64,000 nucleotides of DNA from an uncultured bacterium (GTDB taxonomy: Bacteria > Krumholzibacteriota > Krumholzibacteriia > LZORAL124-64-63). Below are positions 43,704 to 53,175 of the stretch, in pieces. Each line of letters opens with the position of its first letter. The first letter of the stretch is position 1. The position numbers and the translations under genes are program-made. The stretch lies in the NCBI GenBank assembly GCA_937910695.1, contig CALEMW010000069.1:17933-81932 (forward strand). The letters are read 5' to 3'. Under the pieces are notes generated by a model that saw nothing but the letters and a program-made list of their open reading frames with translations, searched no databases and was not told where the DNA came from.

Positions 43704-46700
43704 CCCGCCGGACTCTTAGGCGCCAGGACCACCCGCAAGACTTCCTCGAGCGCCCGGCGATCGAAGGGCTTGGAGAGGGACGCCGCGAAACCATGGGCAA
43801 GGGGATCCGCCATGACCTCGTCGTCGGAATAGCCGCTGACCACGATCCCCCGAACATCCGGGTCAATGGCCTTCATCTCACAGAACGTTTCGAGCCCTCC
43901 CATGCTGCCCGGAACGGTGAGATCGAGGATCACGGCATCGAATGGGCGCCCGGATTCAATCGCGGTCCGGAACGCCTGCACGGCCTCACCTCCCTTATCC
44001 ACAGCCACGACTTCCGAGCCTGAACGCGAGAGGATGCGGTCGATGACTTTCCGCACGTGCTGCTCGTCGTCGAGCACGAGAATGCGGCCGCAAGGAGGCG
44101 GCGAAGTCTCGTCGGGCCTCGACCCTTCCATTTCCGGCTTGTTGGTGGCCGGCAGGATTATTGTGAACGTAGCTCCACATCCCGGCGTGGAGGCCACCGT
44201 CAGCATACCGCCATGGCGGGCGATCACAGAATAGGAGATGGCCAGTCCCAATCCGGTGCCGCCGTCTTTCGTGGTGTAGTAAGGCTCGAACACGTGCTCC
44301 AACCGATCAGCCGGAATACCCGGCCCTTCATCGGCGACAACCAGCTCTACGAAGGAATCGCCGGAAACGCCTTTCGGGGCGGTGTCGATGTTGCGGCCGG
44401 TGATACGAACGTTGCCGCCGTTGACCATGGCTTGGCGGGCATTGATGAACAGATTGCTGAGCACCTGGCCGATCTGGCTCGGGTCTGCTTCCACATTGTT
44501 CAGATCCGCAGCGAGGTCGATGCTCCCGATCACGTTGGTGCCGCTGAGGGCCAGATCGATCGCCTCACGGATGACGGGCATCAGCGAGACTGGTCGGCGC
44601 TGCGGAGCACCGCCGCGGGCGAAGGTCAGCAGATGCTGTGTGAGGGCCTGGGAGCGCCGTCCGGCGCTGATGATACCGGCCAAGCAATCGCGTTCGACGT
44701 CGTCGAGGCTGCGGCTTTCCTCAAGCAATGAGGCATTGCCCATCATCACCATCAGGAAGTTGTTGAAATCATGGGCGATGCCACCTGCCAGCACGCCGAG
44801 AGATTCCAGCTTCTGTGCCCGCACATGTTCCGTCTCGGCCCGTCGGCGGTCGGTAACGTCACGGAACGCCAGAACCATGCCCTCGGACTCGTTTAAGGGA
44901 TCGGCCAGAGGAGCCGACGCGACTTCGAGCCAGCGATCCATATTTGTTTCGTCGAGGACATTCAGACTCACGACCGTCATGCCCACCCTACCGGACATGG
45001 ACTCAGACCACGCCGCGACCTCCGGTAGGACATCGCTGAGCGGTGTCCCCAGCAGACGATCGACATCCAGGCCAGTCACTGCCGCACAGGCAGGATTGAA
45101 CAAGGTGATCACGCCTGCGGCATCGAGGGTCAAAACCCCGTCGGAGATGCTTTGGAGAATCGTCGACAACCGCTCCGACTCGACGCGGAGATGTCTCTCC
45201 GACCGTTCCAGGTCCCGGGTACGGTCCTTCACCTCCAATTCCAGACGATGAGCGTGGCGTCTGCCGACGATCACGGCGATCACCGTCCACATCACGACCG
45301 CATAGAACACGATCATGACGACGCGGAACCACAACCTTTGACGGACCGGCGCGCGGATCGTCCACGACCCCGATGACGCCATCGGTCCTGCAGCGACGTC
45401 GATGCCGACGGCCTGCACATGGAAGCGGTACGTGCCTTGGGGAATGTTGGTATAGCGAACCGTACGCAGAGGGTTGGGGCGGGCCGGAGTCCAACCCTCT
45501 TCGAAGCCTTCCAGCCAGGTTCGAAACCGCTGTCCACGTTCATCGATGTACGAAGACGAGGTGAAATGCACATCGAGGTCCTGAGCGCCGACTCCGAAGT
45601 CCAACTCCTCCATCGACTCCCACATCTGCCCCGCCACTTCGACAGAAGTGACCTTCAACAGTGGTTCGGCGCGGGGCCCGAGATCGAATCGAGAGTCGTA
45701 GACATTGACGCCGCTCTCGGTCCCGATCCACACGGCGCCCCTGCGGTCGACCATCAAGGCATCGCGATTCACCTCATTGCCACGCAGACCCTCACGCACG
45801 CCGATGGTGTCGATCCGTTGGCCATCCCACCTCAGAATGCCGCGGTCTGTACCGATCCACACACGTTCCTCGTGGTCGACGGTCAAGGCGTAGACGGGAC
45901 GATCGATGTCGGGTGCAAGAACGGGCCGGAGCGTTCCGTCTACGGGTACGTAAAGCCCGGCAACCGTTCCCACCCAGATTCCGCCGTCCGGCCTTTCCAG
46001 CAGGGTGTAGCTGTTGTTGGGAGGCCCGCCCCCCTCGACGTAGAAATGTTCAATCTCGTCGTCTTGGATCCGGAACACGCCCTGACGTCCCGTCGCGGCA
46101 TATATCGATCCGTCGGAGGCTATCAAAATCCTTCTGACGAAGATTTCGGGCTTGGTACCGGGCTCCATGAGCCTGATGAATTCGAAGCGATCTCCGTTCC
46201 AGCGCATCAAGCCGCCATGACCTCCCACCAGAATCTGGCCGGAGCGATCGATCACCAACGCAAAGGAGGCCTCTCCGAGGCCGTGTTCAGGCCCATAAGA
46301 CCGAAATCCATCCTCGGGATTCCAGGACTTCACGTTAGCAGAGGCGCAGGCGAGCCAGAGTGTGCCGTCGGCGGCAAGAGCCATGTCCATGATCCGGGCC
46401 GAGGCGGCATCAGGAGGCAACGGCAGGGTATGGGTTTCGGTGTCGAGAAACGTCAGGCCGCCATAATGTCCGAGCACGACAACGCCGGAATCCATTTCGA
46501 TGACCGACGACACTTCGTCGGAATAAAGCCCATGGCGCGGAGTGTAGCTCATGAGATCCCGGCTCATGAGTTTGCTTACGCCCCTCAGGGTCGAGATCCA
46601 AACCGATCCCTCACGGTCGAGACAAATGCCGGTGGCCCCTGCGCTCACCAATCCGTTGTGCTTCCCCAGAAGCTCCACACCTGTCTCGGAGTGATAAGAG

Positions 46701-47548
46701 TAGACAGCCGTACCGTTCCCGAAAAAGAGTCCTCCGGCCGGACCTTCAAGGGCGGTGGTTCCCGATGATGTGAGTCCGAGATCAGGGAAAGGGCCGACCG
46801 AGATGGTGCGGAAACCGTCTTGATCCAGCATTCCGATCCAGTCCGGACTGACGATCCATAAGCCTCCGCCACTCGCCGCGCAAACGGCGACGATTGTCCC
46901 CGCCGGCACTCCCGCGACAGCCTCGGGTTGGGAATCGGCATCGCCCACGAGCCACTGACGAAGTCCGGAATCCGAAGCGAGCAACAGGTGATCCTCGTGG
47001 AAAATCAACGAGTGGGTCGTTCCCAATCCAGCCGCCTCATCGAGAACTCTCCAGATCTCTCCATTCCAGAGAGCGACTTCATGCCCCATGGTGGACAAGG
47101 CGATCCAGTCCATTGAATCTCTCCGTGCCGACACGGCCAGGGACACGATCGCCGCGTTTACTTTTCTCAGAGGCGCCTCGTAAACGGCTGCGGACCCCCT
47201 GTCCACTCCATGGAGAGTCACTTCGAAGGGACTATACAGGGTGGCCGACCAGACGCGCCCCAGAGCATCCGTTGCAAGCTCACCGAACTCCAGATCCGAG
47301 ATCTCTCGGCCCGGATTGATCTCGCGCCATGCCAATCCGTCGTACACGATCAGACCGTGCCTGGTCGCGAACCACATGTAACCGGCGGCATCCTGGGTGA
47401 CGTCATAGAGAGTGTTGGTGATCAACCCGTCCGTACTGTCATAGACATCCACGCGATAATTCTGAGCGAGTGCGGGGGTGGTCAGACCCAACGCCGTGGC
47501 GGCGAGCAGCGCAATGATGGACGCTTTCGTCAACCTCGAATGACGCAT
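43700..47548 (-). CDS. Hybrid two-component sensor kinase/response regulator with a periplasmic beta-propeller/Y_Y_Y sensor (Bacteroides HTCS-like, without a DNA-binding domain).
   Basis: A signal peptide is followed by ~750 aa of propeller-like repeats (two-component regulator propeller), a TM segment, PAS, HisKA (RAQKLESLGVLAGGIAHDFNNFL), HATPase_c (GTGLGLAISYSV) and a REC domain (ILVLDDEQHVRKVI...LDLTVPGSMGG). Length is 1282 aa. Confidence 0.8.
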   Translation of the reverse strand: MRHSRLTKASIIALLAATALGLTTPALAQNYRVDVYDSTDGLITNTLYDVTQDAAGYMWFATRHGLIVYDGLAWREINPGREISDLEFGELATDALGRVWSATLYSPFEVTLHGVDRGSAAVYEAPLRKVNAAIVSLAVSARRDSMDWIALSTMGHEVALWNGEIWRVLDEAAGLGTTHSLIFHEDHLLLASDSGLRQWLVGDADSQPEAVAGVPAGTIVAVCAASGGGLWIVSPDWIGMLDQDGFRTISVGPFPDLGLTSSGTTALEGPAGGLFFGNGTAVYSYHSETGVELLGKHNGLVSAGATGICLDREGSVWISTLRGVSKLMSRDLMSYTPRHGLYSDEVSSVIEMDSGVVVLGHYGGLTFLDTETHTLPLPPDAASARIMDMALAADGTLWLACASANVKSWNPEDGFRSYGPEHGLGEASFALVIDRSGQILVGGHGGLMRWNGDRFEFIRLMEPGTKPEIFVRRILIASDGSIYAATGRQGVFRIQDDEIEHFYVEGGGPPNNSYTLLERPDGGIWVGTVAGLYVPVDGTLRPVLAPDIDRPVYALTVDHEERVWIGTDRGILRWDGQRIDTIGVREGLRGNEVNRDALMVDRRGAVWIGTESGVNVYDSRFDLGPRAEPLLKVTSVEVAGQMWESMEELDFGVGAQDLDVHFTSSSYIDERGQRFRTWLEGFEEGWTPARPNPLRTVRYTNIPQGTYRFHVQAVGIDVAAGPMASSGSWTIRAPVRQRLWFRVVMIVFYAVVMWTVIAVIVGRRHAHRLELEVKDRTRDLERSERHLRVESERLSTILQSISDGVLTLDAAGVITLFNPACAAVTGLDVDRLLGTPLSDVLPEVAAWSESMSGRVGMTVVSLNVLDETNMDRWLEVASAPLADPLNESEGMVLAFRDVTDRRRAETEHVRAQKLESLGVLAGGIAHDFNNFLMVMMGNASLLEESRSLDDVERDCLAGIISAGRRSQALTQHLLTFARGGAPQRRPVSLMPVIREAIDLALSGTNVIGSIDLAADLNNVEADPSQIGQVLSNLFINARQAMVNGGNVRITGRNIDTAPKGVSGDSFVELVVADEGPGIPADRLEHVFEPYYTTKDGGTGLGLAISYSVIARHGGMLTVASTPGCGATFTIILPATNKPEMEGSRPDETSPPPCGRILVLDDEQHVRKVIDRILSRSGSEVVAVDKGGEAVQAFRTAIESGRPFDAVILDLTVPGSMGGLETFCEMKAIDPDVRGIVVSGYSDDEVMADPLAHGFAASLSKPFDRRALEEVLRVVLAPKSPAG

Positions 47549-47619
47549 CGGAACTCCATAAATAAACAGGAAAATTCAACGATAACCGAAGACTAGCACG
47601 CAGCTATGAGTCCGTCTGC

Positions 47620-47660
47620 CCAGGAAAGTAAACCGCCCGGATCCAGAAGGAACCGGGCGG
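47620..47660 (-). terminator. Rho-independent terminator candidate downstream of the OM barrel gene.
   Basis: On the minus strand, ccgcccgg-(12 nt)-ccgggcgg (8-bp stem) is followed by TTTACTTTCC. Confidence 0.45.
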
Positions 47661-47686
47661 CGAATCGAAATCCTCGTCGATGACGA

Positions 47687-48670
47687 CTACTGCCCGGCCA
47701 TACGATCCGGACGGTAGGTGAACTGGAAGATGAACGCCATGTCGCGGTCGGTGCTGGCAAACTCGTTGTTCCACGACGTGGACACGGGCACACGCGCGCC
47801 CAGGTACGGGTTGAGTTTGCCCAGGGCGTAAGACATTCCGGGGTAGAGGTCGATCACGGTGCCGCCGCTGGTCATGTCGTACTCGAACGTCGGGGTGCCG
47901 TCGGTATAGACGGTCTTGCCCGCCCCGTCGGCGATTTTGTCGGCGCTCGCACCCAGATGCAGCCACCATTTGGCGTTGACGCGCTTGCGGGCGAACACGG
48001 ACCCGATGACCTGGTTGCCGCTGGTCGTGGTCGTCAGGGCCACGGACGTGCCCCAGGGATCGAATTCGTAGCCCGAGTTCTTACGGAAGATCACGCTTGC
48101 GACCCAACCGAAGTCCGGCTGCGACTTGGCGTACTGGGCCTTGGCGAAGTAATCCAGAGTGCCGGTGCCCAGAGGGACAGCGATGAAGTTGTCGACCTTC
48201 TCCTCGTCGCCGGTGGGCAACTTGACGCTGCCCGTAAAGCTGAACACGGCTCCGGCCGAACGGACTTTGGAGTACTCGGCCTCGAAAGTCACATCGCCGA
48301 GACCGCTGGCCTTGCCTTCATTCGTGCCGAACGTGACGGTCTTGTTGAAGATCAGAGGCACACGTGCCTTGAGGGCCAGCGATCGGGACAACCGATAGAA
48401 GGGCGTGAGCAGGCCGGCCTTCTGGGTGTCGCTGAACTCGAAGTAGGATGTCACACCGACATCGCCCTTGTCAGGCTGCACGGCTGTATCGCCGGCCTCG
48501 GGGGCAAAGTCTGTAACGGTGGGCATGATCATCGGCGCAACCGTGGGATCGGCGAAGGGATCGTGATTGTGATCGCCTTCCTGGGCCTGAGCCGCAGCCG
48601 GTATGGCCGCCGCAACGGCCAGCACGATCACCAGAAGCAAGATCCTGTCAATCCAGCGACTCATTCTCAT
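47687..48670 (-). CDS. Outer-membrane beta-barrel transporter (MetA-pathway/phenol-degradation-like OMPP1 family).
   Basis: The signal peptide is MRMSRWIDRILLLVIVLAVAAAIPAAAQA. The family-typical motif KARVPLIFNKTVTFGTNEGKASGLGDVTFEAEY (L.VP........G.GD) is present. The barrel-like C-terminal half ends ...YRPDRMAGQ. Confidence 0.55.
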   Translation of the reverse strand: MRMSRWIDRILLLVIVLAVAAAIPAAAQAQEGDHNHDPFADPTVAPMIMPTVTDFAPEAGDTAVQPDKGDVGVTSYFEFSDTQKAGLLTPFYRLSRSLALKARVPLIFNKTVTFGTNEGKASGLGDVTFEAEYSKVRSAGAVFSFTGSVKLPTGDEEKVDNFIAVPLGTGTLDYFAKAQYAKSQPDFGWVASVIFRKNSGYEFDPWGTSVALTTTTSGNQVIGSVFARKRVNAKWWLHLGASADKIADGAGKTVYTDGTPTFEYDMTSGGTVIDLYPGMSYALGKLNPYLGARVPVSTSWNNEFASTDRDMAFIFQFTYRPDRMAGQ

Positions 48671-48868
48671 GTCGTCCCCTTTCACGGGAAGATGGTGAAC
48701 GCGGATGGTAGCACATGGAAATGGTCTTTCAAACATTCCGATCACATAAGATCAAACAGGTCCTGTATTTATCCTTTCACGAATACCGTTGGCCCGGACA
48801 CTCCGGGCAGTGATATTCTCGGGGCTCGGGCTCATTCGTACTTTTGTTCTCAGCCAGGGAGAATCCAC

Positions 48869-49357
48869 ATGCGAGGATGGCGACGTGTATGGCCGTTGCT
48901 ACTGATCACGGTCGCCGTGATCGCCTGGGCCGCGACCCAGATGCAAAGCGTTCAGGTCCGGAACGGACAACTGCGCGAGCGGCCTTCATTCCTGGGCAAG
49001 GTGACCGCCCAGGTCGCCTACGGCGATCGGATGACGGTCTTGAGCAGCAGCGGCGCCTGGACCAAGGTCCGCAACTCCGGCGGCGTTGAAGGTTGGATCC
49101 ACACTTCCGCGCTGACAGAGAAGAAAGTCGTCCTGCGTTCCGGCAGCGCCGACGTCGCAACCGACGCTTCGGGCGAGGAACTGGCCCTGGCGGGCAAGGG
49201 CTTCAACGACGAAGTCGAGGCCCAATTTCGCGAACAGAACCCAGACGTGGATTACACCTGGGTCGACCGCATGGAAAAAGTGATCGTCACACCCGCTCAG
49301 GCCGGCGACTTCTTGAATGTCGGCGGCGTGCAGCCCCGCGAAGGAGGCGTGCGATGA
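48869..49357 (+). CDS. Bacterial SH3-domain (SH3b) protein with signal peptide/anchor.
   Basis: An AGGGAG RBS precedes MRGWRRVWPLLLITVAVIAWAA. The SH3_3-like segment is VQVRNGQLRERPSFLGKVTAQVAYGDRMTVLSSSGAWTKVRNSGGVEGWIHTSAL. The stop overlaps the next gene (ATGA). Confidence 0.55.
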   Translation: MRGWRRVWPLLLITVAVIAWAATQMQSVQVRNGQLRERPSFLGKVTAQVAYGDRMTVLSSSGAWTKVRNSGGVEGWIHTSALTEKKVVLRSGSADVATDASGEELALAGKGFNDEVEAQFREQNPDVDYTWVDRMEKVIVTPAQAGDFLNVGGVQPREGGVR

Positions 49358-50259
49358 CGAACCGACGCCTCACCATGCTCTCCAGCCTCGCCGCAGTCCT
49401 GTTGATCGTCGGCTGCGCATCGGTGACCCAGCTCGGCACTCAGCTCGGACAGGGCGCCGGCGTGCTCACCGAAGACGAAGCCACTTCGATCAACCGCGCC
49501 GGCGAGGCGCTGTCGAAGACCTTCGAGGACATCACCCCTGAGCAGGAGTACTACATCGGCCGCGCCGTCGCGGCTTCGATCCTGCACACCTACGCGCCCC
49601 TCGAGAATCGCGACGCCAACACCTACCTCAACAACCTGGGGCAGACCCTGGCCATGGCGTCGGACCGTCCCGAAACCTTCGGCGGCTATCATTTCCTGCT
49701 GCTCGAAAGCGACGAGATCAACGCCTTCGCAGCACCCGGCGGCCTGATCCTCGTGACTCGCGGGATGCTGGCCTGCTGCGCCGGTGAAGACGAGCTCGCG
49801 GCCGTGCTGGCCCACGAGATCGCCCATGTGCAGAACCGCGACGGTCTGCAGGCCATCAAGAAGAGTCGGCTGACGTCGGCCTTCACGATCATCGGCGTCG
49901 AAGCCGCCCGCACTTTGGGCGACGAAGACCTCAAACAGCTGGCTGAAGATTTCGAGGCGAGCATCGATGATATCGCCCAGACCCTGATCAACAGCGGCTA
50001 CGCCCGCGGCGCCGAACAGAACGCCGACCACGACGCCGCAGTGATCCTTCACCGCGTGGGCTACGACCCACAGGCGCTGGTGCGCATGCTGGGTGTCATG
50101 GGAGAGCGCTGGAAACCATCGGGACCGGGATTCGCCCGCACGCACCCGTCTCCCGACGATCGTGTGAAGTCGGTGCGCAGCGGAATTCCTGAAGCCGACG
50201 TCGCCCCCGCTCCCGCAGCGCGGCAGACACGATTCGCCGCCAACCTCGGCGGTATCTAG
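49354..50259 (+). CDS. M48-family zinc metallopeptidase lipoprotein.
   Basis: An AAGGAGG RBS precedes the lipobox MTNRRLTMLSSLAAVLLIVGCAS. The HExxH site is AVLAHEIAHVQNRDG. The C-terminal region is M48-like. Confidence 0.75.
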   Translation: MTNRRLTMLSSLAAVLLIVGCASVTQLGTQLGQGAGVLTEDEATSINRAGEALSKTFEDITPEQEYYIGRAVAASILHTYAPLENRDANTYLNNLGQTLAMASDRPETFGGYHFLLLESDEINAFAAPGGLILVTRGMLACCAGEDELAAVLAHEIAHVQNRDGLQAIKKSRLTSAFTIIGVEAARTLGDEDLKQLAEDFEASIDDIAQTLINSGYARGAEQNADHDAAVILHRVGYDPQALVRMLGVMGERWKPSGPGFARTHPSPDDRVKSVRSGIPEADVAPAPAARQTRFAANLGGI

Positions 50260-50262
50260 TCC

Positions 50263-52293
50263 ATGCCGTCGGCACGCAGACACGGACTGATGATCGGCGC
50301 CGGGGCAGCAGCCCTGGCGCTGATTCTCTGGTTCTCCCACGCCCTCGACGGCTGGGAGCGCACCAGTTGGGACTGGCGTGTGCGGTTGCTGGCGAAACCC
50401 GGACCCGACACCGAACACGTTGTGCTCGTACTCCTTGATCAAGCGAGCCTCGACTGGGGGCAGCAGGAGAACGGACTGTCGTGGCCCTGGCCCCGTGAAG
50501 TGTACGGTCCGATCCTCGACTTCTGCGCCCGCGGCGGAGCGAGAGCCGTGGCCTTCGACGTACTCTTCACCGAACCCTCGACCTATGGCGTGTGGGACGA
50601 CGAAGCCCTCGCCGCTGCCGCTGCCCGCAGCGGCGTATTCATCGGCGCACGGTTTCTCAACGTGCGGCCAGGCGAGCTCGTGGCGAGCGGCGTCACGGAT
50701 CCCATTCCGGAGCTCGCCGCGGTCGGTTTGCTCGCCAACGTCAGCGACGCCCCAGACCCAGACGGCATCATGCGCAGCGCCGGCCTCGTACGATCCTTCG
50801 ACGGAGCCCTGATTCCCTCGTTAGGCCTGGGAGCATGGCTTGTCGGCGCCGGCATCGACGCCGATCCGGTGATGGAAGACGGTGAGCTCCGTTTCGGCGA
50901 CCATCGAGTGCCGATCGCCCCCGACGGCACCGCCCTGCTGCGCTATCGCGGCAGCCCCGACGTGTTCCCCACCTTCAGCGCAGCCTCGGTGATCCAGTCG
51001 GAACTGCGCCTGCTCGAAGGCGAAGAGCCGACCATCGACCCCGACGTATTCCGCGACAAAATCGTCCTCTTCGGCTTCAGCGCCCCCGGCCTGCTCGACC
51101 TGCGACCCACCCCAACCAGCCGTGTCAGTCCTGGTATCGTGGTCCACGCCACGGTCGTCGACAACCTTCTGTCCGACTCCTTCATGCGTACGGCCCCCAA
51201 CGCCGCCGCCGGCCTCGGCATCCTGGTCCTGGCCCTGGCGGTCGGCGTGATGATCACCGCGGGGGTTCGCACCCGCGGCACCGTGCTGATCGCCTTGGTG
51301 ACCCTGCCTCTTCCCGCCCTGCTGGGTTGCGCCGCCTACGCTGCCGGGCTGTGGTGGCCCGTACTGCCCGCCACGGCCGCGGTCGCTACGGCGCTCTTCG
51401 GCGGTCTCGCCCGCAACTTCGCCGTGGAAGGAAAGCAGCGGAGGTTCATCAAGTCGGCCTTCAAGCACTACCTGAGCCCCGACGTCATCGAGCGCATCCT
51501 CGTCGACCCCGACGCCCTCCGCCTGGGCGGCGAGCGCCGCGAACTGACGATCATGTTCTCCGACCTCGCCGGCTTCACCTCGCTGTCCGAGGGCCTCGAC
51601 CCCATCGAGCTGACGTCGCTGCTCAACGACTACCTCACCGACATGACCGACATCATCCTCGAAGAGGGCGGCACCCTGGACAAGTACGAGGGCGACGCGA
51701 TCATCGCCTTCTGGAACGCGCCCCTCGAACAGCCCGACCACGCCGCACGCGCCTGCCGCGCCGCGGTACGCTGCCAGCGCAAGCTTGCGGAGCGACGCCC
51801 CGCCTTCCGTGAACGCTGCGGCCGCGACCTCACCATGCGCATGGGCCTACACACGGGTCACGTGGTGGTGGGCAACATGGGTTCGCACCAACGCTTCGAC
51901 TACACTGTGCTCGGCGACGCAGCCAATCTGGCTTCACGACTCGAAGGAGCCAACAAGGCCTTCGCCTCCGACACGATGATCAGCGGCGCGACGCTCGCGC
52001 AGGCCTGCGACTCTGTGATGGTGCGCGATCTCGGTACGGTGCGCGTGGTGGGCCGCGGCGAACCGGTCGCGGTGCATCAACTGATCGGGCTGGCCGGCGA
52101 AGAACGCCCGGCCGCCATCCGCAACTTCGACGCCGGACTGGCGCGACTGCGGGCCGGAGAAATCGAAGCGGCTCTTGCAGCCTTCGAAGATCTGTCCGAC
52201 GATCCCGTAGCGGTCTGCTTCGCCGACCGCTGCCGCGCCGCCCGCGACGCCGGCGAACCGTTTCTCGGCGACTGGAACCTGACGAGCAAGTAG
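50263..52293 (+). CDS. CHASE2-sensor class III adenylate/guanylate cyclase.
   Basis: An N-terminal TM is followed by a periplasmic CHASE2-like region (VVLVLLDQASLDWGQQ...VAFDVLFTE), three TM helices, and a class-III cyclase catalytic domain (RELTIMFSDLAGFTSLSE...KYEGDAIIAFWNAP...GLHTGHVVVGNMGS...TVLGDAANLASRLE). Confidence 0.75.
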   Translation: MPSARRHGLMIGAGAAALALILWFSHALDGWERTSWDWRVRLLAKPGPDTEHVVLVLLDQASLDWGQQENGLSWPWPREVYGPILDFCARGGARAVAFDVLFTEPSTYGVWDDEALAAAAARSGVFIGARFLNVRPGELVASGVTDPIPELAAVGLLANVSDAPDPDGIMRSAGLVRSFDGALIPSLGLGAWLVGAGIDADPVMEDGELRFGDHRVPIAPDGTALLRYRGSPDVFPTFSAASVIQSELRLLEGEEPTIDPDVFRDKIVLFGFSAPGLLDLRPTPTSRVSPGIVVHATVVDNLLSDSFMRTAPNAAAGLGILVLALAVGVMITAGVRTRGTVLIALVTLPLPALLGCAAYAAGLWWPVLPATAAVATALFGGLARNFAVEGKQRRFIKSAFKHYLSPDVIERILVDPDALRLGGERRELTIMFSDLAGFTSLSEGLDPIELTSLLNDYLTDMTDIILEEGGTLDKYEGDAIIAFWNAPLEQPDHAARACRAAVRCQRKLAERRPAFRERCGRDLTMRMGLHTGHVVVGNMGSHQRFDYTVLGDAANLASRLEGANKAFASDTMISGATLAQACDSVMVRDLGTVRVVGRGEPVAVHQLIGLAGEERPAAIRNFDAGLARLRAGEIEAALAAFEDLSDDPVAVCFADRCRAARDAGEPFLGDWNLTSK

Positions 52294-53175
52294 GTGGACA
52301 TGGAGATCCTCTTCGGCGGCGTGCGCGGCACGACGCCCCGCGCCGAATCAAGGTTCGCGATCTATGGCGGCCACACGACCTGCCTACTGGTCACCGGAGC
52401 CGGCGGCGAGCGTCTGATGCTCGACGCGGGGAGCGGCGTACACGTCGCCAACGCGGCCCTCGAAGCCGTGTCGGGCCTCGACCTGCTGGTGCTGTTCACT
52501 CATCTGCACCTCGACCACATCCTGGGACTGCCCCTGCTCACGACCCTGTTCGACGCCGAAGCCCGGGTGGAACTGGCGTCCGTATCCAACGACAACGAGG
52601 GTCCCTGCAGGGCCTTCGAGCGCCTGCTCGACCCACCGCTCTGGCCCCTCGGCCTGGATGCCCTGCCGGCAACCGTGACGTACAGCAGCGTGCCGCCGGG
52701 CAAACTCACGCAGACGGAGCCCGTGCTGCGCCAAGGGAATCTCGAGATACGGGGCTGTGCCGTGCCCCATCCCAACGGCTGCACTGGCTGGCGCGTCGAC
52801 GAACCGTCCACGGGGGCTTCGTTCGTCTTCGCCACCGACATGGAGTGGTCCGCCGCAGGCCCCAAGCACCGCGAGGCCTTCCTTGCGACGTGCCGCGACG
52901 CGGATCTGCTGATCATGGACGGCCACTTCACCGCCGCCGAGCTGCCCGACCGCACGGGCTGGGGCCACAGTTCCCACGATGAGTGCGTCGCCGTGGCCCA
53001 GGAAGCCGGTGTCCGTCGACTGTTGATCACCCATCACGCCCCCGACAACGACGACGTCCTCCTCGCGGACCTCGACCGCGAGCTGAATGCTTCATGGTCC
53101 GGCGCCTCTCTCGCCCGCCAGGGCGATACTGTGATCCTGAACGAAGCCCTCCGTGAAGGAAGGAACTCCCTTTGA
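52294..53175 (+). CDS. MBL-fold metallo-hydrolase (possible class-II cyclic-nucleotide phosphodiesterase-like).
   Basis: The HxHxDH motif is LVLFTHLHLDHILGLP, followed by the C-terminal His/Asp ligands (...LLIMDGHFT...WGHSS...ITHHAP). It starts immediately at the cyclase stop and overlaps the next gene. GTG 52294 or ATG 52300 may be the start. Confidence 0.6.
   Translation: MDMEILFGGVRGTTPRAESRFAIYGGHTTCLLVTGAGGERLMLDAGSGVHVANAALEAVSGLDLLVLFTHLHLDHILGLPLLTTLFDAEARVELASVSNDNEGPCRAFERLLDPPLWPLGLDALPATVTYSSVPPGKLTQTEPVLRQGNLEIRGCAVPHPNGCTGWRVDEPSTGASFVFATDMEWSAAGPKHREAFLATCRDADLLIMDGHFTAAELPDRTGWGHSSHDECVAVAQEAGVRRLLITHHAPDNDDVLLADLDRELNASWSGASLARQGDTVILNEALREGRNSL

Noticed and set aside
47957-48868. 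The 5' 300 codons of track ORF 47957..49357, and ORF 49093..50259 upstream of the M48 start.
   Set aside because: These portions are antisense to the OM barrel gene or overlap the SH3 gene, with an R/G-rich composition. The real genes start at internal Met codons with RBSs (48869 and 49354).
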